Shown here one piece after another: positions 17,363 to 27,286 of a DNA stretch of 29,680 bases. Each line of letters opens with the position of its first letter. The first letter of the stretch is position 1. The translations under genes and the position numbers were made by a program. Under the pieces are notes generated by a model that ran no database searches, was not told where the DNA came from, and worked only from the letters and a program-made list of their open reading frames with translations. This DNA is from Halalkalibacterium halodurans (GTDB lineage: Bacteria > Bacillota > Bacilli > Bacillales > Bacillaceae_D), in contig NZ_SNUY01000055.1 in the NCBI RefSeq assembly GCF_004376175.1, positions 1 through 29,680 of the forward strand. Reading direction: 5' to 3'.

Positions 17363-18283
17363 CTAGTTTTTCATCCTTGGATCTAGCGCATCCCGTAATC
17401 CATCACCGATCATATTAAAGCCAAGGACGACAAGCATGATTGACATTCCAGGGAATATCGCTACCCATGGAGCGGTTTGAATGTAAGCTCTAGAATCTGC
17501 TAGCATTTTCCCCCATTCTGCTAAAGGTGCCTGTGCACCAAGTCCAAGAAACCCTAATGCAGCAGCTTCTAATATGGCTGTACCGAAACCGAGCGTCGCT
17601 TGAACGATAATCGGCGACAAACTATTCGGAAGAATGTGGTGAAATAAAATTCGGCTGTTTTTCATTCCTTGGGCTCGAGCCGCCATTATAAATTCTTCCG
17701 CCCGTAAGCTAATGACTTTTGAGCGAACAAGCCTGCCGAAAATCGGGATATTCACGATTGCTATGGCGACCATTGCGTTATGAAGGGATGGACCTAAAAT
17801 GGCTACAATAGCAATCGCTAATAGGATACTAGGAAAAGCCAGCATGATATCAAAGATACGAGAGATAAGCATGTCAAGCCATCGTCCATAATATCCGGCA
17901 AGTACACCAAGCAGCGTCCCAACCAACAAGGCTCCGGACACTGCGAAAAATCCTACTTGTAGCGACAGCTGTGCGCCATATGCAATTCTCGTAAACACGT
18001 CTCTCCCTAAATCATCGGTACCAAACCAATGTTCAGCAGAGGGAGACTGTAAGCGACTGACTGCATCATAACCGTCAAAGGAATGCGTCGTGAGCAGAGG
18101 CGCAAACAAGGCAATGAAAAGAAAGAAGCAAACGATCACGATACCGGTCATAGCTAATTTGTTTTTTCTTAGCTGCCTAAAGGCATCACGCCAAGGAGAT
18201 ATAGCCTCCCCTTTCGCACTTTGCTCGTCTGGTGGTTTTTGAGAGGGTGTCATCGCTAAGCGAAGAGTGGTTTTTCGTTCCAT
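17363..18283 (-). CDS. Opp/Dpp-type ABC permease (DppC/OppC-like)
   Basis: WFGTDDLGRD motif, multi-TM protein, DPRMK C-terminus. The ORF-track start at 18343 overlaps the upstream gene by 47 nt. The ATG at 18283 is preceded by GGGGGAG and sits 13 nt after the upstream stop, so it is preferred. Confidence 0.88.
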   Translation of the reverse strand: MERKTTLRLAMTPSQKPPDEQSAKGEAISPWRDAFRQLRKNKLAMTGIVIVCFFLFIALFAPLLTTHSFDGYDAVSRLQSPSAEHWFGTDDLGRDVFTRIAYGAQLSLQVGFFAVSGALLVGTLLGVLAGYYGRWLDMLISRIFDIMLAFPSILLAIAIVAILGPSLHNAMVAIAIVNIPIFGRLVRSKVISLRAEEFIMAARAQGMKNSRILFHHILPNSLSPIIVQATLGFGTAILEAAALGFLGLGAQAPLAEWGKMLADSRAYIQTAPWVAIFPGMSIMLVVLGFNMIGDGLRDALDPRMKN

Positions 18284-18296
18284 AGTCACTCCCCCT

Positions 18297-19298
18297 TCAA
18301 TATTTAATTCTCGGGTCAATATAGGAGTACAGTAAATCGACAATTAAGTTAATGACGACAAACATAATGGCCACGACTAAGATGCCTGATTGAATGACAG
18401 GATAATCGCGATACGTGATCGCTTCATAAATGTAACGTCCAATGCCCGGCCAACTGAAAATCGTTTCTGTTAAAATAGCCCCACCAAGCAAGACACCCGT
18501 TTGCAAGCCAGCAACAGTAAGCACAGGAATCATCGCATTTTTTAACGCATGCTTATAAATGACCACAAACTGACTTGACCCTTTGGCATGAACGGTCCGA
18601 ATGTAGTCAGAACGAAGTACTTCTAGCATGCTAGACCTTGTCATTCGGGCAATGATTGCCATCGGAATCGTTCCGAGGGCGATGGCAGGCAGTACAAGGT
18701 GTTTTAATGCTACATGCACGTGATCCCACCGCCAATGAAGAATGGCATCCAGCACATATAGACCGGTAATCGATTGGATCGGATCACGGGGGTTGTCTCG
18801 ACCAAAAGCAGGGAACCACCCGAGTTCCTGAGCAAAAATCCATTGTTGCATGAGCGCTAACCAGAAAATCGGCATCGACACCCCGAGCAGAGCAACGAGC
18901 ATGCAGGCATAATCAAAAAATGAATGCTGTTTCCATGCGCTTATGATTCCTGCATTGACACCGACAACGACTGCGAAGAGCATGGCAAAAAACGTCAACT
19001 CCAACGTTGCCCCTAGATAAGGAACGATTTCCTCGGAAATTGGAGCCCGTGTCCTTAAAGATGTGCCAAGATCACCTGTTAGCAAATCCCGTACATAATA
19101 CCCGTACTGCACGAGGTATGGCTCATTTAATCCAAGTCGTTCCTCCAGCTCTGCTACCGCTTGGGGACTTGCTTGCTCGCCTAATATCGTTTGCGCCGGA
19201 TTTCCTGGAATCAAATGAACAATAGAGAACGTAATGATGGTCATGCCTATGAGTACAGGAATGAGCAACATCACCCTATGCAACACATACGTCCACAC
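18297..19298 (-). CDS. Opp/Dpp-type ABC permease (DppB/OppB-like)
   Basis: IPVLIGMTIITF...IPGNP N-terminus, YIRTVHAKG EAA loop, DPRIK C-terminus. GTG start with AAAGGGG SD. Confidence 0.88.
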   Translation of the reverse strand: MWTYVLHRVMLLIPVLIGMTIITFSIVHLIPGNPAQTILGEQASPQAVAELEERLGLNEPYLVQYGYYVRDLLTGDLGTSLRTRAPISEEIVPYLGATLELTFFAMLFAVVVGVNAGIISAWKQHSFFDYACMLVALLGVSMPIFWLALMQQWIFAQELGWFPAFGRDNPRDPIQSITGLYVLDAILHWRWDHVHVALKHLVLPAIALGTIPMAIIARMTRSSMLEVLRSDYIRTVHAKGSSQFVVIYKHALKNAMIPVLTVAGLQTGVLLGGAILTETIFSWPGIGRYIYEAITYRDYPVIQSGILVVAIMFVVINLIVDLLYSYIDPRIKY

Positions 19299-19321
19299 TA
19301 GATCAACCCCTTTCTTTCAGG

Positions 19322-19354
19322 AAAAAGGGTGTAGAGGAAATTCCCTCTACGCCC
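19322..19354 (-). terminator. Intra-operon hairpin plus U-run between the SBP gene and the permease genes (possible partial terminator or processing/stability element)
   Basis: Arms 19327-19337/19344-19354 (gggtgtagagg/cctctacgccc, one mismatch on the minus-strand RNA). aaaaa at 19322-19326 gives a U-run on the minus strand. Confidence 0.45.
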
Positions 19355-19363
19355 TCCGACACA

Positions 19364-21037
19364 TTACTCGAGTAGCTGCACTTCATCCAACGTTTCGCTT
19401 GTAGATGGATGCGGAATGTAATCGACCACGCGAGAACTCCCTGCTAAAACAGGAATCGAGTGAACGAGCGGTACCATTACTGCATCCTCATGAATCATTT
19501 CTAATGCTTCAAAATAGAGTACTTCCCGCTCATTAGGATCTACCGTCTTTTTCGCCTGATTCAAAATCTCATTGACATCCCCTTCATCATAGAACGAACG
19601 ATTTCCACCAGGAATGGCATCCCCGTGCAGTAAGTTTGATAAGAAGTAGTCAGGGTCACCATTCACTCCAGACCAACCGAGCATAAACATGTCATGCGCT
19701 CCTTTTTCCGTCTCCTCTAAATAGGTCGCCCAATCTCTCGTTTCGATTTTGGCTGTAATCCCTACATCGGCCAAATTTGATTGAATTGCTTCTGCTGCAC
19801 GCTGCGGATCTGGCATGTACGGTCTAGCCACCGGCATTGTCCATAATTCGAATTCAAATCCATCCTCATAGCCTGCTTCGGCTAATAGCTCACGGGCTCT
19901 CTCTGGATCATATGCATAAGGATCGATCGCCTCATTGTAGCCTAAGTAGCCAGGTGGAACTGGATTTTTTGCTGGCTCTGCTAACCCGTTATAAAGGGCT
20001 GTGATCAAAGAATCCTTGTCGATCGCATGATTAATCGCCTGCCTTACAAGCGGATCATCAAATGGTTCTTTTTCAACGTGAAAGCCTAAATAGCCAATAT
20101 TGTTCGTCGCCCGCTCAAACAGAACAATTGAGTCGTCTCCCTCCACCTGTGCCACATCATCAGGATTGAGACCGTCCATAATATCGATTTGTCCTGATCG
20201 TAAGGCTGTAAGACGTGCAGAATTGTCAGGAATCACTTGAAATATGATTTTGTCTAGCTTCGGAAGACCCTCTTTCCAGTACTCTTCGTTCTTCTCTAAC
20301 ACAATCGAATCATCCCTCGTCCAGCTAACGAACTTAAATGGCCCTGTACCGACTGGATTTTCATTTATGGCCGCACCATATTCTTCAAAAGCAGCTGGTG
20401 ACGTCATCGCAAAATAGCTCATCCCCATGTTTTGTAAAAAGGACCCGAGAGGCTCGCTTAAAACAAACTCAATCTCATACTCATTGACAACATTGATTTC
20501 TTCAATGACATGACCTGGGTCGCCTTTAAACCCACCAAATTGAGTCCCGTACACACTATAGTTGTAGCCTTCATCTACAAAAGCGTACGGGTGGTCTGGA
20601 TCTGCCCAACGTTCAAAGTTTACTTTTACTGCTTCTGCATTGAATGGCGTCCCATCATGGAAGGTGACTCCTTCCTCCAAATAAAACGTATAACGAAGAC
20701 CGTCCTCCGACATATCCCAGCTATGAGCTAACCCTGGCCCAATTTCAAAAGAATCTCGTTCAAATTCAATCAACGTTTCAAAAATTTGCTTCGTGACGCG
20801 AGACGACTCTCCATCGGTTACACTTGCATAATCGAGACTGACCGAATCGCCTCCTCGTGCGAAAATCAACGTTTGATCTTCAGCAAGCCCTTGCTCAATC
20901 CCTTCCTCTGACATCTCCTCTTCGTCCACTTGCCCCGGCTCCTCTTGAGAAGCGTCATCCTTGCTGCTGCACGCACTCACAACGACGAGTAATGACGCAA
21001 TCATGACGAAGAGCCACCTTAAATGCATCCCTTTCAT
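19364..21037 (-). CDS. Peptide/nickel-family (family 5) ABC substrate-binding lipoprotein
   Basis: Signal peptide with lipobox VVSAC, short acidic linker, DppA/OppA-like body. SD AAAGGGGGA lies 6 nt before the ATG. Confidence 0.88.
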   Translation of the reverse strand: MKGMHLRWLFVMIASLLVVVSACSSKDDASQEEPGQVDEEEMSEEGIEQGLAEDQTLIFARGGDSVSLDYASVTDGESSRVTKQIFETLIEFERDSFEIGPGLAHSWDMSEDGLRYTFYLEEGVTFHDGTPFNAEAVKVNFERWADPDHPYAFVDEGYNYSVYGTQFGGFKGDPGHVIEEINVVNEYEIEFVLSEPLGSFLQNMGMSYFAMTSPAAFEEYGAAINENPVGTGPFKFVSWTRDDSIVLEKNEEYWKEGLPKLDKIIFQVIPDNSARLTALRSGQIDIMDGLNPDDVAQVEGDDSIVLFERATNNIGYLGFHVEKEPFDDPLVRQAINHAIDKDSLITALYNGLAEPAKNPVPPGYLGYNEAIDPYAYDPERARELLAEAGYEDGFEFELWTMPVARPYMPDPQRAAEAIQSNLADVGITAKIETRDWATYLEETEKGAHDMFMLGWSGVNGDPDYFLSNLLHGDAIPGGNRSFYDEGDVNEILNQAKKTVDPNEREVLYFEALEMIHEDAVMVPLVHSIPVLAGSSRVVDYIPHPSTSETLDEVQLLE

Positions 21038-21088
21038 GAAAGATCCCCCTTTTTCTTAATGTTTCATGCCATCTGCCATAGCCCGACG

Positions 21089-22078
21089 CTATTCGTACAA
21101 ATGGCAAGCAACATAATGACCTTTTTCCTTCTCGTGCAAGCTTGGTCGTTTTATCTTGCATACGTCCATACAGTCAGGACAGCGCGTATGGAAAGCACAC
21201 CCCTCCGGCGGATTAGACGGGCTCGGTACATCTCCTTTTAAAAGGATTTTTTCTTTTGCTGTATCTGGATCAGGTACGGGAACCGCCGATAAAAGAGCAC
21301 GTGTATACGGATGCTTTGGATTTTCAAATAATTGATCTTTCGTCGCCATCTCTACCATTCGACCGAGGTACATCACAGCCACACGGTCGCTTATATGCTT
21401 AACGACACTCAAATCATGGGCAATAAAAATGTATGTTAGTGCAAATGTCTCTTTGAGATCGGCCATTAAGTTTAAAATTTGCGATTGCACCGAGACATCA
21501 AGTGCAGAAACAGGCTCATCACAAATGACAAGCTTCGGATGAACGGCTAATGCACGGGCAATTCCAATTCGTTGTCTCTGTCCCCCGCTGAATTGATGGG
21601 GGTAACGAGTAGCGTGATCCGAGCTCAAGCCAACGGTTTCGAGAAGTTCTTCAACCCTTTCAAGTTGTTCTTTCTTCGTACCGATCTGATGAACGATCAA
21701 CGGCTCACGAATGATTTTTTCAATGGTATGACGGGGGTTTAGCGAAGCGTAAGGATCTTGAAAAATGATTTGCATGTCACGGCGTCGTTTTCGCATGTCA
21801 CCTTCAGATAAGGCAGTGATCTCCGTACCAGCAAAGTAAACCTCACCGCTCGATGGCTCAATCAATCGTAAAATGGCCTTCCCAGTCGTTGATTTTCCGC
21901 ATCCCGATTCGCCAACAATGCCGAGCACTTCCCCTTCATATACAGAAAAGGAGAGATTATCAACAGCCCGTACCTCGCCCACTTTTCGGCTGAAAAAACC
22001 GCCATTGATATCAAAGGACTTCGTCAGGTTTTTCACTTCTAACAAAGGCTTACCCAACCTCATCCCCCCTCTCTTCAT
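21089..22078 (-). CDS. Opp/Dpp-type ABC ATPase (OppF-like) with Cys-rich C-terminus
   Basis: Walker [10 protein letters not shown], signature FSGGQRQR, Walker B VICDEPVSALD. Start uncertain: ATG at 22078, ATG at 22063 or TTG at 22057. The TTG has the best SD spacing after GAGAGGGGGG. Confidence 0.88.
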   Translation of the reverse strand: MKRGGMRLGKPLLEVKNLTKSFDINGGFFSRKVGEVRAVDNLSFSVYEGEVLGIVGESGCGKSTTGKAILRLIEPSSGEVYFAGTEITALSEGDMRKRRRDMQIIFQDPYASLNPRHTIEKIIREPLIVHQIGTKKEQLERVEELLETVGLSSDHATRYPHQFSGGQRQRIGIARALAVHPKLVICDEPVSALDVSVQSQILNLMADLKETFALTYIFIAHDLSVVKHISDRVAVMYLGRMVEMATKDQLFENPKHPYTRALLSAVPVPDPDTAKEKILLKGDVPSPSNPPEGCAFHTRCPDCMDVCKIKRPSLHEKEKGHYVACHLYE

Positions 22079-23042
22079 AAAGGAAGCAACGACATTGGTG
22101 ACCTGTAGCTACTTGCTGCAGCTGCGGTGCAGTCGTCTTGCAGCGCTCAAAAGCCACTTCACAGCGCGCCGCAAACCGACAGCCGTGTCCGACGGTTCCA
22201 GGCTTAGGGACCACTCCAGGAATTGAGTAGAGTCGCTTCGACTGTTCATGAATTTTCGGTAATGACTTGAGCAACCCTTTTGTATATGGATGTTTAGGAT
22301 GTTTTAAAATCATCCTGACATCCCCTTCTTCAACGACTTGTCCTGCATACATAACAACCACACGGTTACATAACTCAGCCACTACCCCTAGGTCGTGTGT
22401 AATTAACAAGATGGCGGTATCGTGCGCTTCACTCAAATGGCGCATTAAATCAAGAATTTGCGCTTGAATGGTTACATCCAAAGCGGTCGTCGGTTCATCT
22501 GCAATAAGCACTTTTGGATCACAGCACATCGCCATCGCAATCATGACACGTTGCCGCATGCCGCCTGACAGTTGGTGAGGATACTCCGTGGCAATCTCAT
22601 CGGCTCTTGGGATACCAACCCGTTCGAGCATCGTCACGGCTTGTTTTCTTGCTTCCTGCTTGGTCATTTTACGGTGGTTGCGAATCGCTTCGATGAGCTG
22701 ATTTCCGATTGTAAACAATGGATTCAATGAAGTCATCGGCTCTTGGAAAATCATCGCAATGTCATTTCCACGAATTTGTTTCATACGCTTCGGTGAAACT
22801 TGTACCAAGTCTTCTCCTTTAAAATAAACGTGACCCGACATAATTTTTCCTGGCGGATTCGGCACGAGTTGCATGATCGAGAGGGAGGTCACACTTTTCC
22901 CGCAGCCCGATTCACCAACGATTCCAATGATTTCCCCTTGATGCAGCCGCAAACTCACGCCATCTACTGCCGGTACTTCACCTTGATCTGTAAAAAAATG
23001 AGTCCGTAACTTGTCTAACTCTAAAACAACATCCGGCATCAA
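22050..23042 (-). CDS. Opp/Dpp-type ABC ATPase (OppD-like) with Cys-rich C-terminus
   Basis: Walker A GESGCGKS, signature LSGGMRQR, Walker [12 protein letters not shown]. First gene of the second operon. Confidence 0.9.
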   Translation of the reverse strand: MMPDVVLELDKLRTHFFTDQGEVPAVDGVSLRLHQGEIIGIVGESGCGKSVTSLSIMQLVPNPPGKIMSGHVYFKGEDLVQVSPKRMKQIRGNDIAMIFQEPMTSLNPLFTIGNQLIEAIRNHRKMTKQEARKQAVTMLERVGIPRADEIATEYPHQLSGGMRQRVMIAMAMCCDPKVLIADEPTTALDVTIQAQILDLMRHLSEAHDTAILLITHDLGVVAELCNRVVVMYAGQVVEEGDVRMILKHPKHPYTKGLLKSLPKIHEQSKRLYSIPGVVPKPGTVGHGCRFAARCEVAFERCKTTAPQLQQVATGHQCRCFLYEERGDEVG

Positions 23043-23080
23043 TCATGCCCCCTCACCAACGATTGTTGGACAAAAATTAT

Positions 23081-23112
23081 TTTTGTTTCACATTATGATT
23101 CCTGAAACAAAA
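23081..23112. promoter_or_regulatory. 10-bp perfect inverted repeat TTTTGTTTCA-N12-TGAAACAAAA in the divergent promoter region
   Basis: Read directly: 23081-23090 and 23103-23112. It lies 40-70 bp upstream of the oppD-like start and overlaps a CATAAT -10-like hexamer on the minus strand. Confidence 0.35.
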
Positions 23113-23246
23113 TCAGAACTTTTTTCGTTCTATACTAGGGAGGTTCTAGATAAAAATATCAGTGTCAAGCCCCCAAGAAATTCCCATAAGATTGTCAAAG
23201 TTCGTCGATATGTCTTTACTTGAATGAGCTTGTTCGATAAAATCGA

Positions 23247-24374
23247 ATGAGGAGAAATTTTATAGAAGAAACGGGGAACCTTTTAATGAAACAAATGCCT
23301 CCAAGCCGAAAGGTACAACGAAAAAAGAGAAAAGCTGTACGTTTTCTAAAAATATTCATGACCATGACCCTACTTGCCTTGCTCGCGTTTACATGCCTTG
23401 GCGTTTACGTTTACTTTAAAGTCTCAAGCGTTGCATCTGAATCAACAGTGGACTTAGAGCGCGGCGATAAATCTGAAAAGCGAATTGAAGCAGTCGACCC
23501 GAGCAAAGATAACTTTTCCGTTCTCCTTCTCGGAGACGACTCACGCCCTGGCGAAGCACGAGCAAGAACCGATGCCATGCTAGTTGCTACGTTCAATAAA
23601 GAAGATCAATCGATTATTTTGACAAGCATTCCACGTGATTCTCGCGTAAAAATCGTAGGCCGCGGACATTTGGATAAAATCAATCATGCCCACGCTTATG
23701 GCGGTATTGACATGACGATTGATACAGTGGAACACCTCCTTGATATTCCTATCGATTATTATGGAATTGTTCGTTTCCAAGGACTTATAGATATCGTAGA
23801 TGCTTTAGGCGGAATTGAAGTTGAGGTGCCATTTGATTTTGAAGAAAAGGATACGAATAACGATTGGATTCAATTCCAAGAAGGGTTACACACCCTAGAT
23901 GGAGAAGAAGCATTAGCATTCGCGCGGATGAGAAAGCACCCACAAGGTGGAGGAGACTTAGGGCGTGGCCAACGACAACAGCAAGTGATTGAAGGCATCA
24001 TTAAAAAAGCAGCAAGCTTTTCTTCCATTACTCGCTTTGACGATGTGTTAGACGCCCTTGGTGAAAACATTCAGACGAACTTCACGTTTAACAACTTGGT
24101 CGCCCTACATTCATATGCATCATCCATAAGCGAGATTGAAACCTTGCAGTTGCAAGGGACTGACTTAATGCTAAACGGCATTTATTATTATGAGCTCGAT
24201 CAAGGTTCCCTTTTCGAAATTCAAACGCGCTTAAAGAAACATTTAGAGATCGATGGTCATACGAATAATGGACTGGATGAAGTCCAACCTGAACCAGATA
24301 TGTGGAATCCTAATGAACAGCAGCAACCTGTTGAACAACCAAACGAGGAAAGTAATGAAGTGTTTTATAATTAA
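23247..24374 (+). CDS. LytR-CpsA-Psr (LCP) family cell-wall glycopolymer ligase
   Basis: N-terminal basic stretch plus one TM, then the LCP core (RTDAMLVATFN, LTSIPRDS, INHAHAYGG, GEEALAFARMR, G.GDLGRGQRQQQV). Same position as tagV/yvhJ next to yvyE in B. subtilis. The real start may be the ATG at 23286 (MKQMPP...). Confidence 0.88.
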   Translation: MRRNFIEETGNLLMKQMPPSRKVQRKKRKAVRFLKIFMTMTLLALLAFTCLGVYVYFKVSSVASESTVDLERGDKSEKRIEAVDPSKDNFSVLLLGDDSRPGEARARTDAMLVATFNKEDQSIILTSIPRDSRVKIVGRGHLDKINHAHAYGGIDMTIDTVEHLLDIPIDYYGIVRFQGLIDIVDALGGIEVEVPFDFEEKDTNNDWIQFQEGLHTLDGEEALAFARMRKHPQGGGDLGRGQRQQQVIEGIIKKAASFSSITRFDDVLDALGENIQTNFTFNNLVALHSYASSISEIETLQLQGTDLMLNGIYYYELDQGSLFEIQTRLKKHLEIDGHTNNGLDEVQPEPDMWNPNEQQQPVEQPNEESNEVFYN

Positions 24375-24392
24375 ATAATCATTTACCTGCTT

Positions 24393-24430
24393 GAAAACTC
24401 ATGGAAAAAAATCTCCATGAGTTTTCTTCA
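24393..24430 (+). terminator. Intrinsic terminator after the LCP gene
   Basis: 13-bp perfect stem 24393-24405/24414-24426 (gaaaactcatgga/tccatgagttttc) with a T-rich 3' side. Confidence 0.7.
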
Positions 24431-24572
24431 TATTAGGATTGGATTTGAGATGAGTGATTTAACTTTAAAAACGACATGATTTCTGTATTCTCATGTCATT
24501 CAAAGGATGAACGAATTGTAACTAGAGTTTTTCCTATGCAAGCCTTTATAAAAGCTAAACTTTATTAAATGC

Positions 24573-24604
24573 AAAAAAAGACGAGCTTCGAAAATTCGCC
24601 CGTC
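24573..24604 (-). terminator. Intrinsic terminator after the epimerase gene
   Basis: Stem 24580-24586/24598-24604 (one G-U on the minus-strand RNA), followed by U7 (plus-strand aaaaaaa at 24573-24579). Confidence 0.55.
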
Positions 24605-24607
24605 CGA

Positions 24608-25549
24608 TTAAACGTTCTTCTTACTTTTGTAATATTCAATGGTTTCAGCCAGACCCTTATGGAGCATTACGTTTGGCTCCCACAATACATGATTCATCAG
24701 CTTTTGTTGATCCAAACAGCTATGCTTAATGTCTCCGGACCGTTCCTGTTCAAAGGCAGGTGCGTAGGTTACATTTAATTGAGCGCACAATTCCTTTAGT
24801 AGGTCTTCCACGCTCGTTTGCAAACCTGTGCTAACATTATAAACTGGGTCTACTTCTTGATTCGTTTCCGTTTCTAAGCAGGAACGAATGGCATTCACGA
24901 CGTCCGATACGAAAATAAAGTCCCTCGTCTGCTTACCATCACCGAAAATAATCGGTTGCTCATTTTTTAACAGCTTTTCGATAAAAATCGAAATAACTCC
25001 GGCCTCTGTCTCAGCTGTTTGTCTCGGTCCATAAACGTTTGCAAATCGCAATACATGAACATTTAGTCCATACAGGCGCCCGTATGTTTTCACATAGGCT
25101 TCTGCTGCATATTTAGAGGTTCCATACGGAGATAGCGGTAGTGCTGGGAACTCCTCTCGAATTGGTAAAGTGTGGGACGGGCCGTAGATTGCTGCTGAGG
25201 ATGCAAAAACAAATTGCTTCACTCCATATTTCCGGCTAAACTCTAACAAGCGGATCGTTCCTTGAATATTCACTTGTGCATCATAAGTAGGGTTAAGCAC
25301 GGATGGACCTACCTTGCTTTGAGCGGCTAAGTGAACAATCCGATCAATATCAGGATGTTCCTGAAAAACATCCGCCACTCGCTCATCCAAAATATCTAAT
25401 TTGAAAAGGTGACTAGAAGGATGAACATGTTTAAGGCTTCCCGAACTTAAATTGTCGACAATGACCACTTCTGTTCCTTCAGCGATTAAAAGATCAACTA
25501 AATGGGAGCCGATGAAGCCAGCTCCCCCTGTCACTAACACTTTTCCCAT
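24608..25549 (-). CDS. NAD-dependent nucleotide-sugar epimerase/dehydratase (GalE-like SDR)
   Basis: [14 protein letters not shown] Rossmann motif and YGTSK catalytic YxxxK. Length is typical of UDP-hexose 4-epimerases. The substrate cannot be assigned. Confidence 0.85.
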   Translation of the reverse strand: MGKVLVTGGAGFIGSHLVDLLIAEGTEVVIVDNLSSGSLKHVHPSSHLFKLDILDERVADVFQEHPDIDRIVHLAAQSKVGPSVLNPTYDAQVNIQGTIRLLEFSRKYGVKQFVFASSAAIYGPSHTLPIREEFPALPLSPYGTSKYAAEAYVKTYGRLYGLNVHVLRFANVYGPRQTAETEAGVISIFIEKLLKNEQPIIFGDGKQTRDFIFVSDVVNAIRSCLETETNQEVDPVYNVSTGLQTSVEDLLKELCAQLNVTYAPAFEQERSGDIKHSCLDQQKLMNHVLWEPNVMLHKGLAETIEYYKSKKNV

Positions 25550-25578
25550 GGTTTAATCCTTTCTCTAAGACACAAAAA

Positions 25579-26961
25579 TCAAGCCGTTACGTTACCATCT
25601 TTGTTTTTCGAGGCCCGTTTCCATTTTTTTTTTGAATCCGTTCCTTCTGCCTTTGTTTTATCAAGCAATACCGTAAATGTTTTTAACATAATCACGATAT
25701 CAAGCCAAAACGTATAGTTGCGAATGTAATAAAGGTCAAACCGTAATTTATCTTCAGCTTCCGTGCTATACTTCCCCATAATTTGAGCATAACCTGTAAT
25801 TCCTGGCTGAACCGTATTTCGATACGCATAGTCTAAGTGCTCTTTTGATAGCTGCTCAATAAAGAAGCTTCGCTCAGGTCGAGGGCCAACGAGAGACATA
25901 TCTCCCTTCAACACATTAAAAAGCTGTGGCAGCTCGTCTAACCTCGTAGCTCGTATAAATTTTCCGACCTTTGTAATTCGATCATCGTTTTGTGTGGCTA
26001 AAACAGGACCTGTTTTCTTTTCGGCCCCTTCCACCATAGAACGGAATTTATAAATCATAAATGGCTTGTTATCTTTCCCAAGCCGCTCTTGCTTGTAAAT
26101 AATACTTCCTTTCGGATCCTCAAGCTTAATTAAAATTGCAACTAATAGAAGCAGCGGCGAAGTACAGATGAGGGTAAATGCCGATGTGACCACATCAAAC
26201 GCTCTCTTAATAAACGCTTGATCCCACGTAAGCCCAAACGGCTTAACCGACATTAACATCGTATCATCCAAAGGTGTGACCGATGAGCGTTGCAACAGCA
26301 ATTCATAAAGGGTTGGTACCACATATACAAGCTTATTACATTCCATCGCATGATAAATAATCATTGATTTCTTTTCTTTTTGAATGCTTGTACATAAAAT
26401 GATGTAATCTGCATGGCGCATGTAGTGATTAATCTTATCCATCGGTATGTTTGGATGGACTTGTTTAATGCTCGTTCCCTTTAACATCGGATGTTTGATT
26501 TTTGAAATCATTCGCTCTGTATTGTCATCATCACCGATAAACAATACTTTTCCTACTACGTTCCGTCGTGTTAGCTTTAAAAAGACATACTTCCACGTTG
26601 CTAAAAGGACAATTGTAAACACACTAGCGATGAATAAGATGGAACGTGGGAGTGCGAATTCCCGGAAAAAGTAGGAGGCCGCCATTGTAAGGAACGCCAT
26701 AAACGTCACAGCTACAAAAATTTTAACCAAAATATCCCAAAGGGTATTCTTCCGATCCAGCGCATAAAGTTCATAAACAGAAATAAAGAATAAACCGATG
26801 AGCAATATCCACGGCAATAGTGAAACAAAGGACTCCCAGTTTTTCGCAGGAAACCCTTGATAGCGAATATAGAAAGCAGCGATGTAAGCAGCTAAAATAC
26901 ATAATAAATCTACAAGGATGATGAGAAATTTATGGTTTCTTAATTCATTAATATAAGGCAT
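25579..26961 (-). CDS. Polyprenyl-phosphate glycosyl-1-phosphate transferase (WbaP/EpsL/TuaA-like initiating sugar transferase)
   Basis: N-terminal multi-TM region plus a C-terminal bacterial sugar transferase domain ([47 protein letters not shown]). 29-nt gap to the epimerase gene, so a likely operon. Confidence 0.88.
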   Translation of the reverse strand: MPYINELRNHKFLIILVDLLCILAAYIAAFYIRYQGFPAKNWESFVSLLPWILLIGLFFISVYELYALDRKNTLWDILVKIFVAVTFMAFLTMAASYFFREFALPRSILFIASVFTIVLLATWKYVFLKLTRRNVVGKVLFIGDDDNTERMISKIKHPMLKGTSIKQVHPNIPMDKINHYMRHADYIILCTSIQKEKKSMIIYHAMECNKLVYVVPTLYELLLQRSSVTPLDDTMLMSVKPFGLTWDQAFIKRAFDVVTSAFTLICTSPLLLLVAILIKLEDPKGSIIYKQERLGKDNKPFMIYKFRSMVEGAEKKTGPVLATQNDDRITKVGKFIRATRLDELPQLFNVLKGDMSLVGPRPERSFFIEQLSKEHLDYAYRNTVQPGITGYAQIMGKYSTEAEDKLRFDLYYIRNYTFWLDIVIMLKTFTVLLDKTKAEGTDSKKKWKRASKNKDGNVTA

Positions 26962-27228
26962 AGGAAATACCTCTCCCTTTTAAAATCAAAAACAGTTTAC
27001 TTTGTAAAAATATCACCGTAGCCTTTCGACATGAAGCAACAATCACTACTTACTATACTAAAGATCGCTACTGTTGAAAACAAAAAAATTAATGACAATT
27101 TTCAACAAGGTCAAGAACATTAGGTGATTGCCGAGCTAGCTTTTAGACGACAGCAAATCCGTAGTTACCCTTATACTCAATTCTAGAGTGGTCTTCACTG
27201 CTAAACATTGATCCTTCTCTTAGTGTAT

Positions 27229-27273
27229 AAAAAACCCCTCTCTTGCTCATTATCTGCTCAAGAGAAGGGTTTT
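27229..27273 (-). terminator. Intrinsic terminator after gtaB
   Basis: Arms 27231-27245/27259-27273 (one G-U on the minus-strand RNA), followed by a U-run. Confidence 0.65.
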
Positions 27274-27286
27274 ATCCAGACACCAT

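Noticed and set aside
18284-18343. N-terminal extension of the DppC-like permease ORF overlapping the upstream gene by 47 nt
   Set aside because: The internal ATG at 18283 has a good SD (GGGGGAG) and sits 13 nt after the upstream stop. The extension MSIYCTPILTRELNIEGGVT looks like read-through of the upstream gene's 3' end in another frame.
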